A stretch of 64,000 nt of DNA, from contig CAZAFB010000005.1 in the NCBI GenBank assembly GCA_964484505.1, positions 7,427 through 71,426 on the forward strand, read 5' to 3'. The translations under genes and the position numbers were made by a program. Source of the DNA: an uncultured Bdellovibrionales bacterium. GTDB taxonomy: Bacteria > Patescibacteriota > Minisyncoccia > Moranbacterales > GWC2-37-73. Positions 20,130 through 30,756 of this stretch are shown here, piece after piece. Positions within the stretch are counted from its first letter, which is position 1. Every line of letters starts with the position of its first letter. The notes beneath the pieces were generated by a model, which did no database searches, was not told the DNA's origin, and worked only from the letters and a program-made list of their open reading frames with translations.

Positions 20130-23100
20130 CCGAATCTGCTGGCGAATGTATCCACCACCACCTCCGTTGCGTTTTGTTTTTTGCCTTCCGTTACAATTGT
20201 CTGGGGTTGGGTCAAGGTTAAGTTTCCAGCATCATCATATGCTTCGACTTGATAACTGTATACTTGTCCAGCCTCTGCCGGAATCGTAACCATATGGTAG
20301 GTATTCAAATTGTCTTCCGGTGTGTTCTGTTCAAAATTAGATACAATAACTCCTTTGCCAAAGCGTACCTTGGTACGAGTCAATTCATTTGTTTCTATTT
20401 TTATATATATATTCGCTTGAGCATCCTTGCCACGCCCGTTTACTTTACCAACAGCTCGGTTGGTAACAATTTCCGGAGGCCTGCTGTCAGATTTGGTCGT
20501 AATTTTCTGCTCTACGGGAGTAGCCTCTACGCCAGCTTCACTAACACCACTTATGGAAAGCGTGTATTCCTTGGCAGGATCCATTCCGGCTATTTCAGCG
20601 ACATGTTCAGTTGTTGGCTGACTTTCCAAAAAATTATGGAAATTAGCCTCATCGGCAGTCTTGAATCTGACCAATGTGGTCGTATTTACATCTGTCTTAT
20701 ATCTTACCACAACAGTCGGCACATCCACATTCTCCTTATTTTCGACTTGAACTTCCGATACTACCGGCAATTTAAGTGTAGTGAAAGTATATTCATCTGA
20801 AGAGAATTGGTTATTGTCAGCATCCAATGCATCGACCATTACTTTGTATGTTGAGGCACTGTCCAGTCCTTCCAGCTTCATCACATGGGAAGTCGAACCG
20901 GACGTTTCCTCTGAAGATCCAGTAAAAGCTCCTTTGCCGAATTTCAAGGTACAAGTTGCACTGACATTAGTTTTCCAAGAAACCGTTGCTGTGTTAAGAC
21001 CGACGTCATTGATAACCATATCGGAAATAGTAGGAGGAGGAAGGGTTGTGAAAGTTAGAATCTCAGAGGTACCAATGTTACCGTCAGGATCAATATATTT
21101 AACACGATAGAAATATTTAGTATCAGCAGCAAGACCTTTCACTTGCACGGCGTGATCCGTGACCGAGTCAACTTGCCCGGTTGTTTCCCCGAGTTCCGTA
21201 GTTTTGCCATATTCAATGAAAGAACTAGCCGTACGATTTGTTGCCCACGTGAAATCAGCAGCAAATGATTGTGCTTCAACAGCTGGCTGTTTAACTATGG
21301 CCGGTGGCCTTGTGTATTTACCAGTCGGCGTAAGCTGCACTGTAGCGGAAGCCGGAGAATAGTTATTGGTCTTATCTTTGGCTTTAACGTAGTAATAATA
21401 TAATCTACTTTCCAATTCCGTATCCACATAAGCGCTACCAGTAGTTGAAGCTATCTCCGTGAAATCGACATTGTCATCCGAACGATAGATAGTATATCCG
21501 GCAAAATTACCCGAATCGTACGTTACAGGCGGTGACCATTTCACTGCCACGCTATATTCAGCATTTTCACGATCAGAGGTATCGAAGGCTTGTGCGTTGA
21601 GCGGCTGACTTGGCGCGCTGGTCTCGGCATAGAAATTTACCGCTGCCGGATTATTCCAATCGGCGTTGTTCAAAAGATCGGTTTCACCTCCTTCGTTCAA
21701 GGCAACAATATAAAAAGTATTCTTTCCATATTGCGTAGCAAATGGTCCTGGTCCTGCCGCAAGTGCCGTGGTTACAGTCGTGTTGTACGGGGTTGGCAAA
21801 ACATTTATTGAATAATAATATTTGAGCTTAGTAGGATCTCCTCCGTATACTGATGGAGTTTCCCAAGTGAAAGTGAATGAATTTGTCGTATTGTTTATAT
21901 CCGACGGAGTAACTTGCAGATTATTCGGTGGTGAAGCCGGACCTCCGGTATAGTAGTAATCCTGAGAAATTGGCGAGGAAGTGTTTCCTGCGGCATCTAC
22001 TGTGCGAAGATAGAAAGTATTTTTATTGTTCTGATAATGTGTTTCTGTTTGGGTAACTGTTGCAGGATCAGGAATATCATGCCAGACCCCAGGTGTATCA
22101 CCACCAGTTCGATATTGAAACATAGCCACGCCAGAATTAGCATCTGATGCATCCGGAGTCCAGGAGAAAGTATATGAAATAGCAGATGAATACCCTGTCG
22201 GATTCACGGAAATATCACTCGGATTGCTTGGTGCAGTTGCATCATAGCGATAAACAAATGCATCATAACTTGTTGAGCTTATAAAACCGGCATTATCAAT
22301 GGTCTTGATTTTTAGATAATAGTCAGAACCGGAACTTGATGGCGATCCAGCAAAACTGTTTCCGGCTTGAAAAGAGCCGTCTACAAAAGGATCAGCCGAA
22401 GCATTAGTGCCGAAATAGACATAATATCCTGCCACACCCGAACCTCCGGTGTTATCCTGAGCACCACCCCCTGCTCCCGCCAGAGGCCATTCAAAATATG
22501 GTGCTGCATGATTATACCAATTGTTAGTAGTTATACTACTTCCCGTAGAGCTGCTTTTGGCTGTAATTGAGGAGGGATTTGTCGGAGGATCAATATCTTG
22601 ATAATAATTGATCGTAAAATCATCAAGCCGCGGTGAAAAAATACGATCATTTGAAGTGAATCTGGCACGAACCTGAATGAATTCTGCGGGAGCAGAAACA
22701 ATACTCATCACATGTGTGTTACCAAATACATGATCATTTGCCGTCGGACTCCAAGATGACCAATCCGTACCGTTGCTAGAAGTTCGTGTTTCAAAAGTCA
22801 ATGTCGTATTATTGGGCTGCACATAATTTACGGTAAGATTTGCCCAGCGATAAACGGAAACAAGGTCCATTGCTTCAGATTCATATGTTCCAGTCTTTGC
22901 AAAACCGGTACCATTTGTTTCACTACCGATTACATAATTATACAAACCATCGCCAAAAGAATTTGTGCCAGCACCCGAAATCAACCAATTGCGATTAGCA
23001 AGATAAACAGAAAATCCTCCGGTAGTTACATTGGCTGGAATATTGGCGGAAGTTAAAGATTCCCACGTTCCAGGCGTCGCCTGCGCAGTATTGTAACGAT

Positions 23101-26100
23101 AATAGGTGTTGGTATTGATACCACGAGATACGTAGAGATAACCATCATGACCATCAATCATATTGGCGCCAGCTCCTGCAGTTGCGGGCAATGCTCCGAG
23201 CACAGTCCAAGTAGTGTTGGAAATTTGATAACGACAAGTAGTCGCATTTGTGGCACCTCGTAAAAGATAGATATAACCGTCTTTATATACAATCTTTCCG
23301 CCATCACCCGTAAGACATGAAGCATTGACGGGAAGTGCCGCAGACCAACGAGAACCTGCTGCCGCAGTCGTATCATAACGCCACCAGGTGTTAGCACCGT
23401 TTCCGGCGGTTAAATATATATATTGAGATCCGTCATAAGTCATTGAGGAGCCAACCAGTGTTTTAGCCGGCGGACGGTCCGTGATTATTTCTTCCCAAGT
23501 ATTGGTATTAGTGAGGTATCTGAAAAAATATGGGGCTTTGGAATCTCCGGTACGTGCGGTCCTAATATTTCCTGGTATATAATAAACGGCATTTTCATCT
23601 TCATTGAAAACCATACTACTTCCTTGATATAAACCTACCGGCAATTTCGAGAGTTCCGTAAATGTTCCCGAATCCGTATCATAACGCCCAAAAACATTAT
23701 CATATGAACCACGTGCCATATAAATCGAATCACTTTTGTCCGCAGCTATAACCGATCCATTACCATAGAGGAAATAACTGGTTCCGGCAGTTGTCGACGG
23801 TCCAAAAAATGCTCGCTGCGGCAATTCCCAAGTATTTTCAGCAATATTAAAGCGATAAAAATTCGTTGTCGTGCCACCGCGCGTTGCATAGATGTAACCA
23901 TTGTAAACAACCATGGATGCACCATAGGATATGGAAGCAGGAACATCAGGCATCACATACCAGGTAGCAGACTCAATATCGTAGCGATAAAATTTTTGCC
24001 TACCTTTTCCCGCAAACACATAGATGGAATTGGCAGTGTTGTCAAAAACGATAGTGCCACCATCATAGATTCCTTCGGGAGCCATAGGCAGCGAAGTCCA
24101 AGAGTTGGCATGCTCACCCCGAGATAAATCGTCCCCGATGGAATACTTGGCAAAATAGGGATACAAGTTTCCCTGAATCACATAAATATTATTGCGCTCA
24201 TCATAGATAGCATCACCACCAATATATGTCCTTTGTCCATCTGCCGTATTTGGGTTTCCAAACTCCGCATTCGGGAGCTGCGTCCAAGAGGGTGTACATG
24301 ATGTTTGATTATTGCACGTGTCATATTTGTAGAAAGCATCGTCATTTCCAGGCATCGCATAAATATAGCGCGAACCATCATAGGAAAGATTCGAGCCATA
24401 ATCGAAATTCTTCGGCGCGCTGTCTATTGTGCTCCAAACATTATTCTCTATGTCATACATCCAAAAAGTTGAAGTTGCTACACCTCGAGCAGCATATAGA
24501 TAACCGGCAGGACCTGCCACCAAAAATCCGCCATTATTGACTGCCAAAGGAGCGGCAGCAACGGTTGCGGGAGATGTGGTCCATGTATCAGTTTCTATTT
24601 CATACCTATGAAACGTGGTTCCGTTAGCGCCACCGAAAGTATAGAGACAATGATTACTATTGCCCCTACATGAACTTAATGCCAATTCTCCCCCAGCAGC
24701 AATATTTCCCAGAGCAAGTGAGAGCCGTGCTTGATTCCAAAAACCATTTGATGAATTCAGTCTTACGGAATCAGTTACACTAGTGGCATTAACATCAGTA
24801 AGCGTGCCTGCGGCAAAATCTGCAGTTGAAGTTTTTTGCTCATCAAGATAAGGGGAGACACCGCTATAGACATAAGTAAATGCATCCCAGGTAGAAGAAG
24901 AAACATTGCCGTTTACATCTTTGGTTTTAACGCGCAGATAGTATGTTCCTGTTTGCAGGGCCAAATTTACCACATAAGAACTGGCGGTTTGGTATGATCC
25001 TTGCGTTACTGGGTCTGCGCCATCGTCAGTACCAAAATACACATAATAACCATCAATACCACTGCCGGAGTCGGCAGCACCACTCCAAGAAAAATAAGGA
25101 TGTTCATGCGGATATGATTGCCCTGAGGTCAGCGCTTGTCCACCTACTTGCTGCGATCTTGCATCAACCGCGGTCGGATTTGTAGGCGCATCGTCCTCAC
25201 TGTTATAAGAAATTGTGTAATCAGATACTGTAGGCGTGTAAAGGCCATCAGACGTGTTAAGCGTAACCTTTACTTGCACATATCTGTTGACTGGCGAAGC
25301 GATTGTCGTTCCGGAAATAACTTGCCAAGAAGACCAGTTTTCGTTATCAGAACTAGTACGGGTTTCATAGGTAATGCTGGTATTGGTCGGCGTATTGTCC
25401 GCTTTATTGAAAGAAACCCAGCTTTGCACATTGGATAAGTCTAGTGATTGACTGACATAAGTACCACTAGCAACAAAATTGGTAGCGCCGGAAGTGTAAC
25501 TCCACACGTCAGCAAGACCTTGCCCTGTTGTGGCAAAAAATGAAGTGCCACCGGCATATTCTATAGATGCTCCATTATATGGTCCGCGGCCGAAGGTATA
25601 TTGTTGATTATTCGGCAGCTTGCGCCAAGTGTCCGTGGCAATGGTATATTCCCAAGTGTCATCTTTATAAAGTCCCGCCAGAGCATATACTTTGCCATTG
25701 GCATAAGTCATATCAGTACCATAATATTGTGCAAAAGGCGTTGAAGCAATCTTACTCCAAACACCTCCACTATATTTCAAGAAGGTTGTTTCTCCATCTC
25801 CCAACATCACATACACATCAGTTCCATCAGTAACAATACGTGCTCCAATACTAGCATAATAGGTAACACCACTCACCACCATGTTGGCAAGGGCGGTCCA
25901 ACCGCCAGCATCAGTGTAACGATAAAAATTGGCAGTACCATTACCGCGAATGGCATAAATTGAATTATCGGATGCGCAAGCAAGCCCTGCACCATTACTT
26001 GCCGTAGCCGGGAAAGGCTGTGTGGTCAATGTCGTCCAAGCGTTTTCAGCGTAACGATAGAATGTTGTCGTATTGCCGCCTAGAAGAGCATACACATAAC

Positions 26101-27703
26101 CGTTGCAATAAGTGGCCTTTACATCCGTTGTAATTGAAGCAGGCGTGGTAGCTTTATTGGTCCAGATATTTGTAGCGACATCGTAACGATAGAAAGCATT
26201 ACTGTTGCCTCTTATAGCATAGACGTAATTAGTTGCACCGGATTGCCCATTCCAAATCAAATCACCACCAGTATTTACGGTTCCGGTTCCATCCAGCATC
26301 TGTTTTGGTCCCTCCCACTCGCCATTTGCTCCCAAAGAAGGATCAAATTTCCAAATATCCGTCGTACCGTTACCACGAACGCCATACAATTTATTATCAT
26401 CGGTATTAAGAATCAGTGAACCATAATTCACTGTTGCAGGAGCGACTTCATTCGTTCCCGAAAGCACGGTCCAGGAGTTACCCGCAACATTAAAACGAAG
26501 AAAGCTAGTTGTCGAGCCACTACGAAAATAATAAATATTTCCATTGTAATATGCACCTCTTTGATCCGAAGTGAAAGTATAACCTGTAGTAGCATTTGCT
26601 CTGGCTTCCCAGGTATTTGCCCCCGTACCAGATATCTTGTAACGATAGAATGTTAGAGTGCTAGCACCCCGAGTAAGATAGAAATATCCGTCCTGACCAT
26701 TTACCAAATCACCTCCCGCACCGACAGTTGCAGGAACTGGAGCTAGATTACTCCAATCATTTGTCGCCACATTGTAACGCCAAAAATCAGTACTGCCATT
26801 ACCCCTGACCACGAAAATATTCGTACCATCAGTTTCCACTGCAGCGCCTTGCCAAGGGGTGTCCAAAAGATCTGCAAGCTGGGTCCAAACACCCGTGGCA
26901 ATCGTATATTTGTAAAATTTTTGCGAATATCCTCCAAAAATCGCATATATAGCTCCATTGCCATCATAGATCATGTCCGCACCATAATATGCAGGCACCG
27001 GCAGATCAGCCAATGTATCCCATTTGTTTTCTGCAACATCATAACGCCAGAAAGCTTTGTCTGAATACCCCCTAAAAACATACATATAGCCACCGGTTAT
27101 CACACCAGAATGTCCATATGCAATGGTATCTTGCGGTGGCGCCCAAACGCGCGCGCCCCAAGTTCCTGTGGGTTTCAATTGAATCGCATCTTGAGAACTT
27201 TCAGTACTGACGCTGGCAAGCGTACCTTTGTCCCAATCATTTTTGAAAGTAATTGTTGTTGATTGTGGGGCGCTGAGCGCAAAAGGATTTGCTGCATAAA
27301 CCATGGCAATTGCCACTGCGATCACCATGCTTCGATACGTTGTCTTAATACCGAAAATCGCTGTTTTTTTAGTAAATTTTTTGAAAAGTGCACTTAACTT
27401 CTCTACCAACTTGAGCCTAACATAAGCCTTTCCCAAAACATGTGCTTCATGCTTTTTTGCAACCAAAGCAACTTCCAAATCATCAATTTTACCCCAACGC
27501 AAAACACGCTTGCGAGAAATTTTCTCTCCGCGCTGACAGCTTTTCCAATTCCCGTTTTTATTATCCATACAACGGGTCTTATCTGTAGTATTCTTTTTTG
27601 TTTTTCCTTTTGTCTTTTCTGTCATTTTATATTGTAAAAACAAAGGCCCAGGCCGGCACAAACGCTTTTGGCGTTTTATGTCGACTCGGGCCGGTTTTGC
27701 CAT
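20102..27703 (-). CDS. Giant (about 2500 aa) secreted/surface protein with multiple Kelch-like beta-propeller repeat blocks and C-terminal fibronectin type III domains
   Basis: Recurrent ~50-aa units (…FYRYD..TN.W..L…); Fn3-like segments (APSNPSDISVNP…, TATVSWKTNVSATCTLKFGK); signal-anchor MVIAVAIAMVYAANPFALSA; alternative start at 27625 (MTEKTKGK) lies after a terminator-like hairpin; 28-nt overlap with ABC ATPase gene. Confidence 0.7.
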   Translation of the reverse strand: MAKPARVDIKRQKRLCRPGPLFLQYKMTEKTKGKTKKNTTDKTRCMDNKNGNWKSCQRGEKISRKRVLRWGKIDDLEVALVAKKHEAHVLGKAYVRLKLVEKLSALFKKFTKKTAIFGIKTTYRSMVIAVAIAMVYAANPFALSAPQSTTITFKNDWDKGTLASVSTESSQDAIQLKPTGTWGARVWAPPQDTIAYGHSGVITGGYMYVFRGYSDKAFWRYDVAENKWDTLADLPVPAYYGADMIYDGNGAIYAIFGGYSQKFYKYTIATGVWTQLADLLDTPWQGAAVETDGTNIFVVRGNGSTDFWRYNVATNDWSNLAPVPATVGAGGDLVNGQDGYFYLTRGASTLTFYRYKISGTGANTWEARANATTGYTFTSDQRGAYYNGNIYYFRSGSTTSFLRFNVAGNSWTVLSGTNEVAPATVNYGSLILNTDDNKLYGVRGNGTTDIWKFDPSLGANGEWEGPKQMLDGTGTVNTGGDLIWNGQSGATNYVYAIRGNSNAFYRYDVATNIWTNKATTPASITTDVKATYCNGYVYALLGGNTTTFYRYAENAWTTLTTQPFPATASNGAGLACASDNSIYAIRGNGTANFYRYTDAGGWTALANMVVSGVTYYASIGARIVTDGTDVYVMLGDGETTFLKYSGGVWSKIASTPFAQYYGTDMTYANGKVYALAGLYKDDTWEYTIATDTWRKLPNNQQYTFGRGPYNGASIEYAGGTSFFATTGQGLADVWSYTSGATNFVASGTYVSQSLDLSNVQSWVSFNKADNTPTNTSITYETRTSSDNENWSSWQVISGTTIASPVNRYVQVKVTLNTSDGLYTPTVSDYTISYNSEDDAPTNPTAVDARSQQVGGQALTSGQSYPHEHPYFSWSGAADSGSGIDGYYVYFGTDDGADPVTQGSYQTASSYVVNLALQTGTYYLRVKTKDVNGNVSSSTWDAFTYVYSGVSPYLDEQKTSTADFAAGTLTDVNATSVTDSVRLNSSNGFWNQARLSLALGNIAAGGELALSSCRGNSNHCLYTFGGANGTTFHRYEIETDTWTTSPATVAAAPLAVNNGGFLVAGPAGYLYAARGVATSTFWMYDIENNVWSTIDSAPKNFDYGSNLSYDGSRYIYAMPGNDDAFYKYDTCNNQTSCTPSWTQLPNAEFGNPNTADGQRTYIGGDAIYDERNNIYVIQGNLYPYFAKYSIGDDLSRGEHANSWTSLPMAPEGIYDGGTIVFDNTANSIYVFAGKGRQKFYRYDIESATWYVMPDVPASISYGASMVVYNGYIYATRGGTTTNFYRFNIAENTWELPQRAFFGPSTTAGTSYFLYGNGSVIAADKSDSIYMARGSYDNVFGRYDTDSGTFTELSKLPVGLYQGSSMVFNEDENAVYYIPGNIRTARTGDSKAPYFFRYLTNTNTWEEIITDRPPAKTLVGSSMTYDGSQYIYLTAGNGANTWWRYDTTAAAGSRWSAALPVNASCLTGDGGKIVYKDGYIYLLRGATNATTCRYQISNTTWTVLGALPATAGAGANMIDGHDGYLYVSRGINTNTYYRYNTAQATPGTWESLTSANIPANVTTGGFSVYLANRNWLISGAGTNSFGDGLYNYVIGSETNGTGFAKTGTYESEAMDLVSVYRWANLTVNYVQPNNTTLTFETRTSSNGTDWSSWSPTANDHVFGNTHVMSIVSAPAEFIQVRARFTSNDRIFSPRLDDFTINYYQDIDPPTNPSSITAKSSSTGSSITTNNWYNHAAPYFEWPLAGAGGGAQDNTGGSGVAGYYVYFGTNASADPFVDGSFQAGNSFAGSPSSSGSDYYLKIKTIDNAGFISSTSYDAFVYRYDATAPSNPSDISVNPTGYSSAISYTFSWTPDASDANSGVAMFQYRTGGDTPGVWHDIPDPATVTQTETHYQNNKNTFYLRTVDAAGNTSSPISQDYYYTGGPASPPNNLQVTPSDINNTTNSFTFTWETPSVYGGDPTKLKYYYSINVLPTPYNTTVTTALAAGPGPFATQYGKNTFYIVALNEGGETDLLNNADWNNPAAVNFYAETSAPSQPLNAQAFDTSDRENAEYSVAVKWSPPVTYDSGNFAGYTIYRSDDNVDFTEIASTTGSAYVDTELESRLYYYYVKAKDKTNNYSPASATVQLTPTGKYTRPPAIVKQPAVEAQSFAADFTWATNRTASSFIEYGKTTELGETTGQVDSVTDHAVQVKGLAADTKYFYRVKYIDPDGNIGTSEILTFTTLPPPTISDMVINDVGLNTATVSWKTNVSATCTLKFGKGAFTGSSEETSGSTSHVMKLEGLDSASTYKVMVDALDADNNQFSSDEYTFTTLKLPVVSEVQVENKENVDVPTVVVRYKTDVNTTTLVRFKTADEANFHNFLESQPTTEHVAEIAGMDPAKEYTLSISGVSEAGVEATPVEQKITTKSDSRPPEIVTNRAVGKVNGRGKDAQANIYIKIETNELTRTKVRFGKGVIVSNFEQNTPEDNLNTYHMVTIPAEAGQVYSYQVEAYDDAGNLTLTQPQTIVTEGKKQNATEVVVDTFASRFGWISKLWSK

Positions 27704-27969
27704 TCAACTCCCTGCACGCACATGGGCAATCCTTATATCTTCAACAAAAGTAAAGGCTTCGTGCAGATCAATGTTTCCTGAGTTTTTGATTCCTCCGAAA
27801 GGTGAAAAAAATCCCTGACAGAGCGAAAAAAATATTCTTTTTGTATGTTTTAATTTTAACATATTTTGTTTTTTAAATCGAGAAGTTATCCACAGCAAAT
27901 CCACATGTGTTTAATCAACAAAAAACGAGGCTGCTAAGCCTCGCCTTCGAAAAATATTCTAATATGATT

Positions 27970-29757
27970 CTATTGTTTCTTCCTGGCCGCTTTCACTCGA
28001 TCCGTTTCCTTGAGGAATTGTTTGCGAAGACGCACGGATTGTGGCGTAACTTCCAAATATTCATCCTCATTCATAATTTCCAAACCGCGTTCAATGGATA
28101 GTTCCCATGGCGGTGTCAGCTGAATTGCATCATCACTGCCTGAAGCACGCATGTTGGTCAGCTGCTTACCCTTCAATGGATTGACGGTCATTTCTTCTCC
28201 CTTGGCCACATTACCGATAACCTGACCCTCATATACTTCCGTAGCCGCCGGAATATACAGCACACCACGTTCCTGCAAATTCGCCAAAGAAAATCCAAGT
28301 GCTTTGCCGGTGCCATTGGAAATCATCGAGCCCACTTCGCGACGCTTGATTTCTCCTACATACGGCCTAAAACCGATCACACGTGAAGACAAAATTCCTT
28401 CACCTTTTGTATCAACAACAAACTGGCCACGATAACCAAGCAGACCGCGTGTCGGCGCTTCAAACAAAAGACGTGTCTGAGAGCCGTGAATTTGCATGTC
28501 TGTCATGATTCCCTTGCGTTTGCCCAACGTTTCAATAACCGTTCCTGAAAGTTCGCTTGGTACATCCACAGTCACCTCTTCAAACGGCTCGGATTTTACT
28601 CCGTCAATTTCTTTGATAATTACTTGCGGCTGCGAAACTTGAATTTCATATCCTTCGCGACGCATGTTTTCCAAAAGTACGGCAATATGCAATTCGCCGC
28701 GACCGAAGACCATGTAATACTCACTGGAAGAAAAATCAATTTTGAGTCCGACGTTTACTTCCAATTCTTTTTCCAATCTTTCCCTGATTTGTTTGTTGGT
28801 GACAAATTTTCCTTCCTTTCCGGCAAACGGTGAGTCGTTAACCAAAAATCGCAAGGAGATTGTCGGCTCATCAATCGTAATCGCTGGAAGCGCTTCTTGC
28901 TCGGCATTTTCACAAATAGTCTCCCCGATATCGATTTTAGGAAAACCGGCTATCATCACAATATCGCCAGCATAAGCTTCTGCAACCTCTTCGCGTTCGG
29001 TGCCTTTGAAAGTATATAACTTGGTTACACGTGAAGTTTCCACGCCTCCATCCATTTTTTTCAAAGTAAGCGTTTGTCCTGATTTTATGGTACCTTCGTG
29101 AATTCTGCCTACCGCCAAGCGTCCCAAAAAGTTATCATAACCCAAGTTGAAAGGCTGCATCCGCAGCGGCGCGTCTTTATTAGCCTTGGCCGGATGCACT
29201 TTAAACAAAATCATATCAAGCAAAGGAGTGAGGTCCTTGGAATCATCGTCCATATGTTCTTTAGCAATTCCTTCGCGACCGATTGCATACAAAGTTGTAA
29301 AATCAAGCTGTTCATCGTTTGCACCCAAGTCTAAGAATAATTCATATACTTGTTCTTGCACCACATCAGGCTGCGCCGCCGGTTTATCGATTTTGTTGAT
29401 CACCACGATCGGTTTAAGCCCAAGTTCCAATGATTTTTTAAGCACGAAACGCGTCTGCGGCATCGGACCTTCTTGCGCGTCAACAACCAAAATCACGCTG
29501 TCGATCGAGCGCAAGACACGTTCTACTTCGGAGCCGAAGTCCGCATGACCGGGCGTGTCCACGATGTTGATTTTGGTATCGCGATAGAAAATCGAAGTGT
29601 TTTTGGCATAAATCGTAATGCCGCGCTCCTGCTCGAGCGCGTTGTTGTCCATGCTGACGCCTTCGCCCACCATGCCAGTTTGGCGCATGATAGCGTCGGT
29701 AAGTGTTGTTTTCCCATGATCCACATGGGCGATAATCGCAATGTTTCTAATCTCCAT
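27970..29757 (-). CDS. typA: Translational GTPase TypA/BipA
   Basis: MEIRNIAIIAHVDHGKTTLTD G1 motif; DTPGHADF; NKIDK; EF-G-like domain order over 595 aa. Confidence 0.9.
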   Translation of the reverse strand: MEIRNIAIIAHVDHGKTTLTDAIMRQTGMVGEGVSMDNNALEQERGITIYAKNTSIFYRDTKINIVDTPGHADFGSEVERVLRSIDSVILVVDAQEGPMPQTRFVLKKSLELGLKPIVVINKIDKPAAQPDVVQEQVYELFLDLGANDEQLDFTTLYAIGREGIAKEHMDDDSKDLTPLLDMILFKVHPAKANKDAPLRMQPFNLGYDNFLGRLAVGRIHEGTIKSGQTLTLKKMDGGVETSRVTKLYTFKGTEREEVAEAYAGDIVMIAGFPKIDIGETICENAEQEALPAITIDEPTISLRFLVNDSPFAGKEGKFVTNKQIRERLEKELEVNVGLKIDFSSSEYYMVFGRGELHIAVLLENMRREGYEIQVSQPQVIIKEIDGVKSEPFEEVTVDVPSELSGTVIETLGKRKGIMTDMQIHGSQTRLLFEAPTRGLLGYRGQFVVDTKGEGILSSRVIGFRPYVGEIKRREVGSMISNGTGKALGFSLANLQERGVLYIPAATEVYEGQVIGNVAKGEEMTVNPLKGKQLTNMRASGSDDAIQLTPPWELSIERGLEIMNEDEYLEVTPQSVRLRKQFLKETDRVKAARKKQ

Positions 29758-29760
29758 ATC

Positions 29761-29923
29761 CCTACGAATTACGAATTTATACGAATGTACGAATCATTTT
29801 TCATGCATTTGTAATCAATTCATAACTAAGCTTAAATTTTTTATCATCTCACAACTTAATTTGAAACATTTATTCTTTTTGTCTTCCTTTCGTACATTCG
29901 TATTTTGTTCGTAATTCGTAGAG
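29761..29923. promoter_or_regulatory. Pair of 33-bp inverted ACGAAT/ATTCGT hexamer arrays flanking an ~90-bp spacer, immediately upstream of typA start
   Basis: cctacgaattacgaatttatacgaatgtacgaatc (29761-29795) versus its reverse complement tttcgtacattcgtattttgttcgtaattcgtagag (29888-29923). Confidence 0.5.
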
Positions 29924-30077
29924 AAAACAAAAGACTGCCTTGTGGGCAGCAAATGTCCTAAGCCCTTGAAATATAGCAGGAAAAATACTATATGTCAATA
30001 TTTTAAAAGCCGCTCCTTTATTAAAGCAGAGCGGCATATAAAACTTTTGGGAAAGCTTGAAGCACATTATGACACGA

Positions 30078-30581
30078 TTATGCTATTTTTAGAACTTCTT
30101 CTCTTGAGATCACTTCTCCGATGTTGCGGACGGACCATTCGTATTGAGTATTAGCAAATTTTGCTTTTGCGTAAGCAAGCACATCTTGCTTACGCGTAAA
30201 GTAATAAACATTTGCCCATGGCACAGGATTTAAAGACATACCACCATTGATTATTTCCCAATTGCCCTGAGGTTTAACCGAAAAGAAGCTAAGGGCGCTT
30301 AAAAGATCAACGACTTCAGGATAGGTATTGTTCCATTCATCATGCTTATTTTCAATATGTACGAAATATTCCCAGTCTATATGCTCGCCAAAATGCGTAC
30401 CATTTTTGAAAATCTTAAGTTTATACTTTTGCAAAAGATTTGAATAATATTCTTGCACGCAGTAGATACACTGGCTACCTCTTTTGAAAGCGGTGCAAAT
30501 AAAACCGCCAATTCCAAAAGAGACAATTCCCGCCGACCCCGCCTCCGGAGTGTTACAAAAACATTTTTCTTTCATGGCCAT
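30078..30581 (-). CDS. Hypothetical protein (Cys-rich N-terminus)
   Basis: 167-aa ORF; no recognisable family. Confidence 0.4.
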   Translation of the reverse strand: MAMKEKCFCNTPEAGSAGIVSFGIGGFICTAFKRGSQCIYCVQEYYSNLLQKYKLKIFKNGTHFGEHIDWEYFVHIENKHDEWNNTYPEVVDLLSALSFFSVKPQGNWEIINGGMSLNPVPWANVYYFTRKQDVLAYAKAKFANTQYEWSVRNIGEVISREEVLKIA

Positions 30582-30756
30582 TCCTCCTTTTGTATGTATT
30601 AGACACCGTTTTAAACTTATTCAACTGTTAAAAATCTTTTTCAAGCTAAGCATGAAAACACAAAAAAATCAAGCTTCTCGCCTGATTTTGCATAATATAA
30701 AGATGGGGTCTTTTTGCCAGTGTACAATGCGATATGACTCAAAAATCCTCTAAGAA

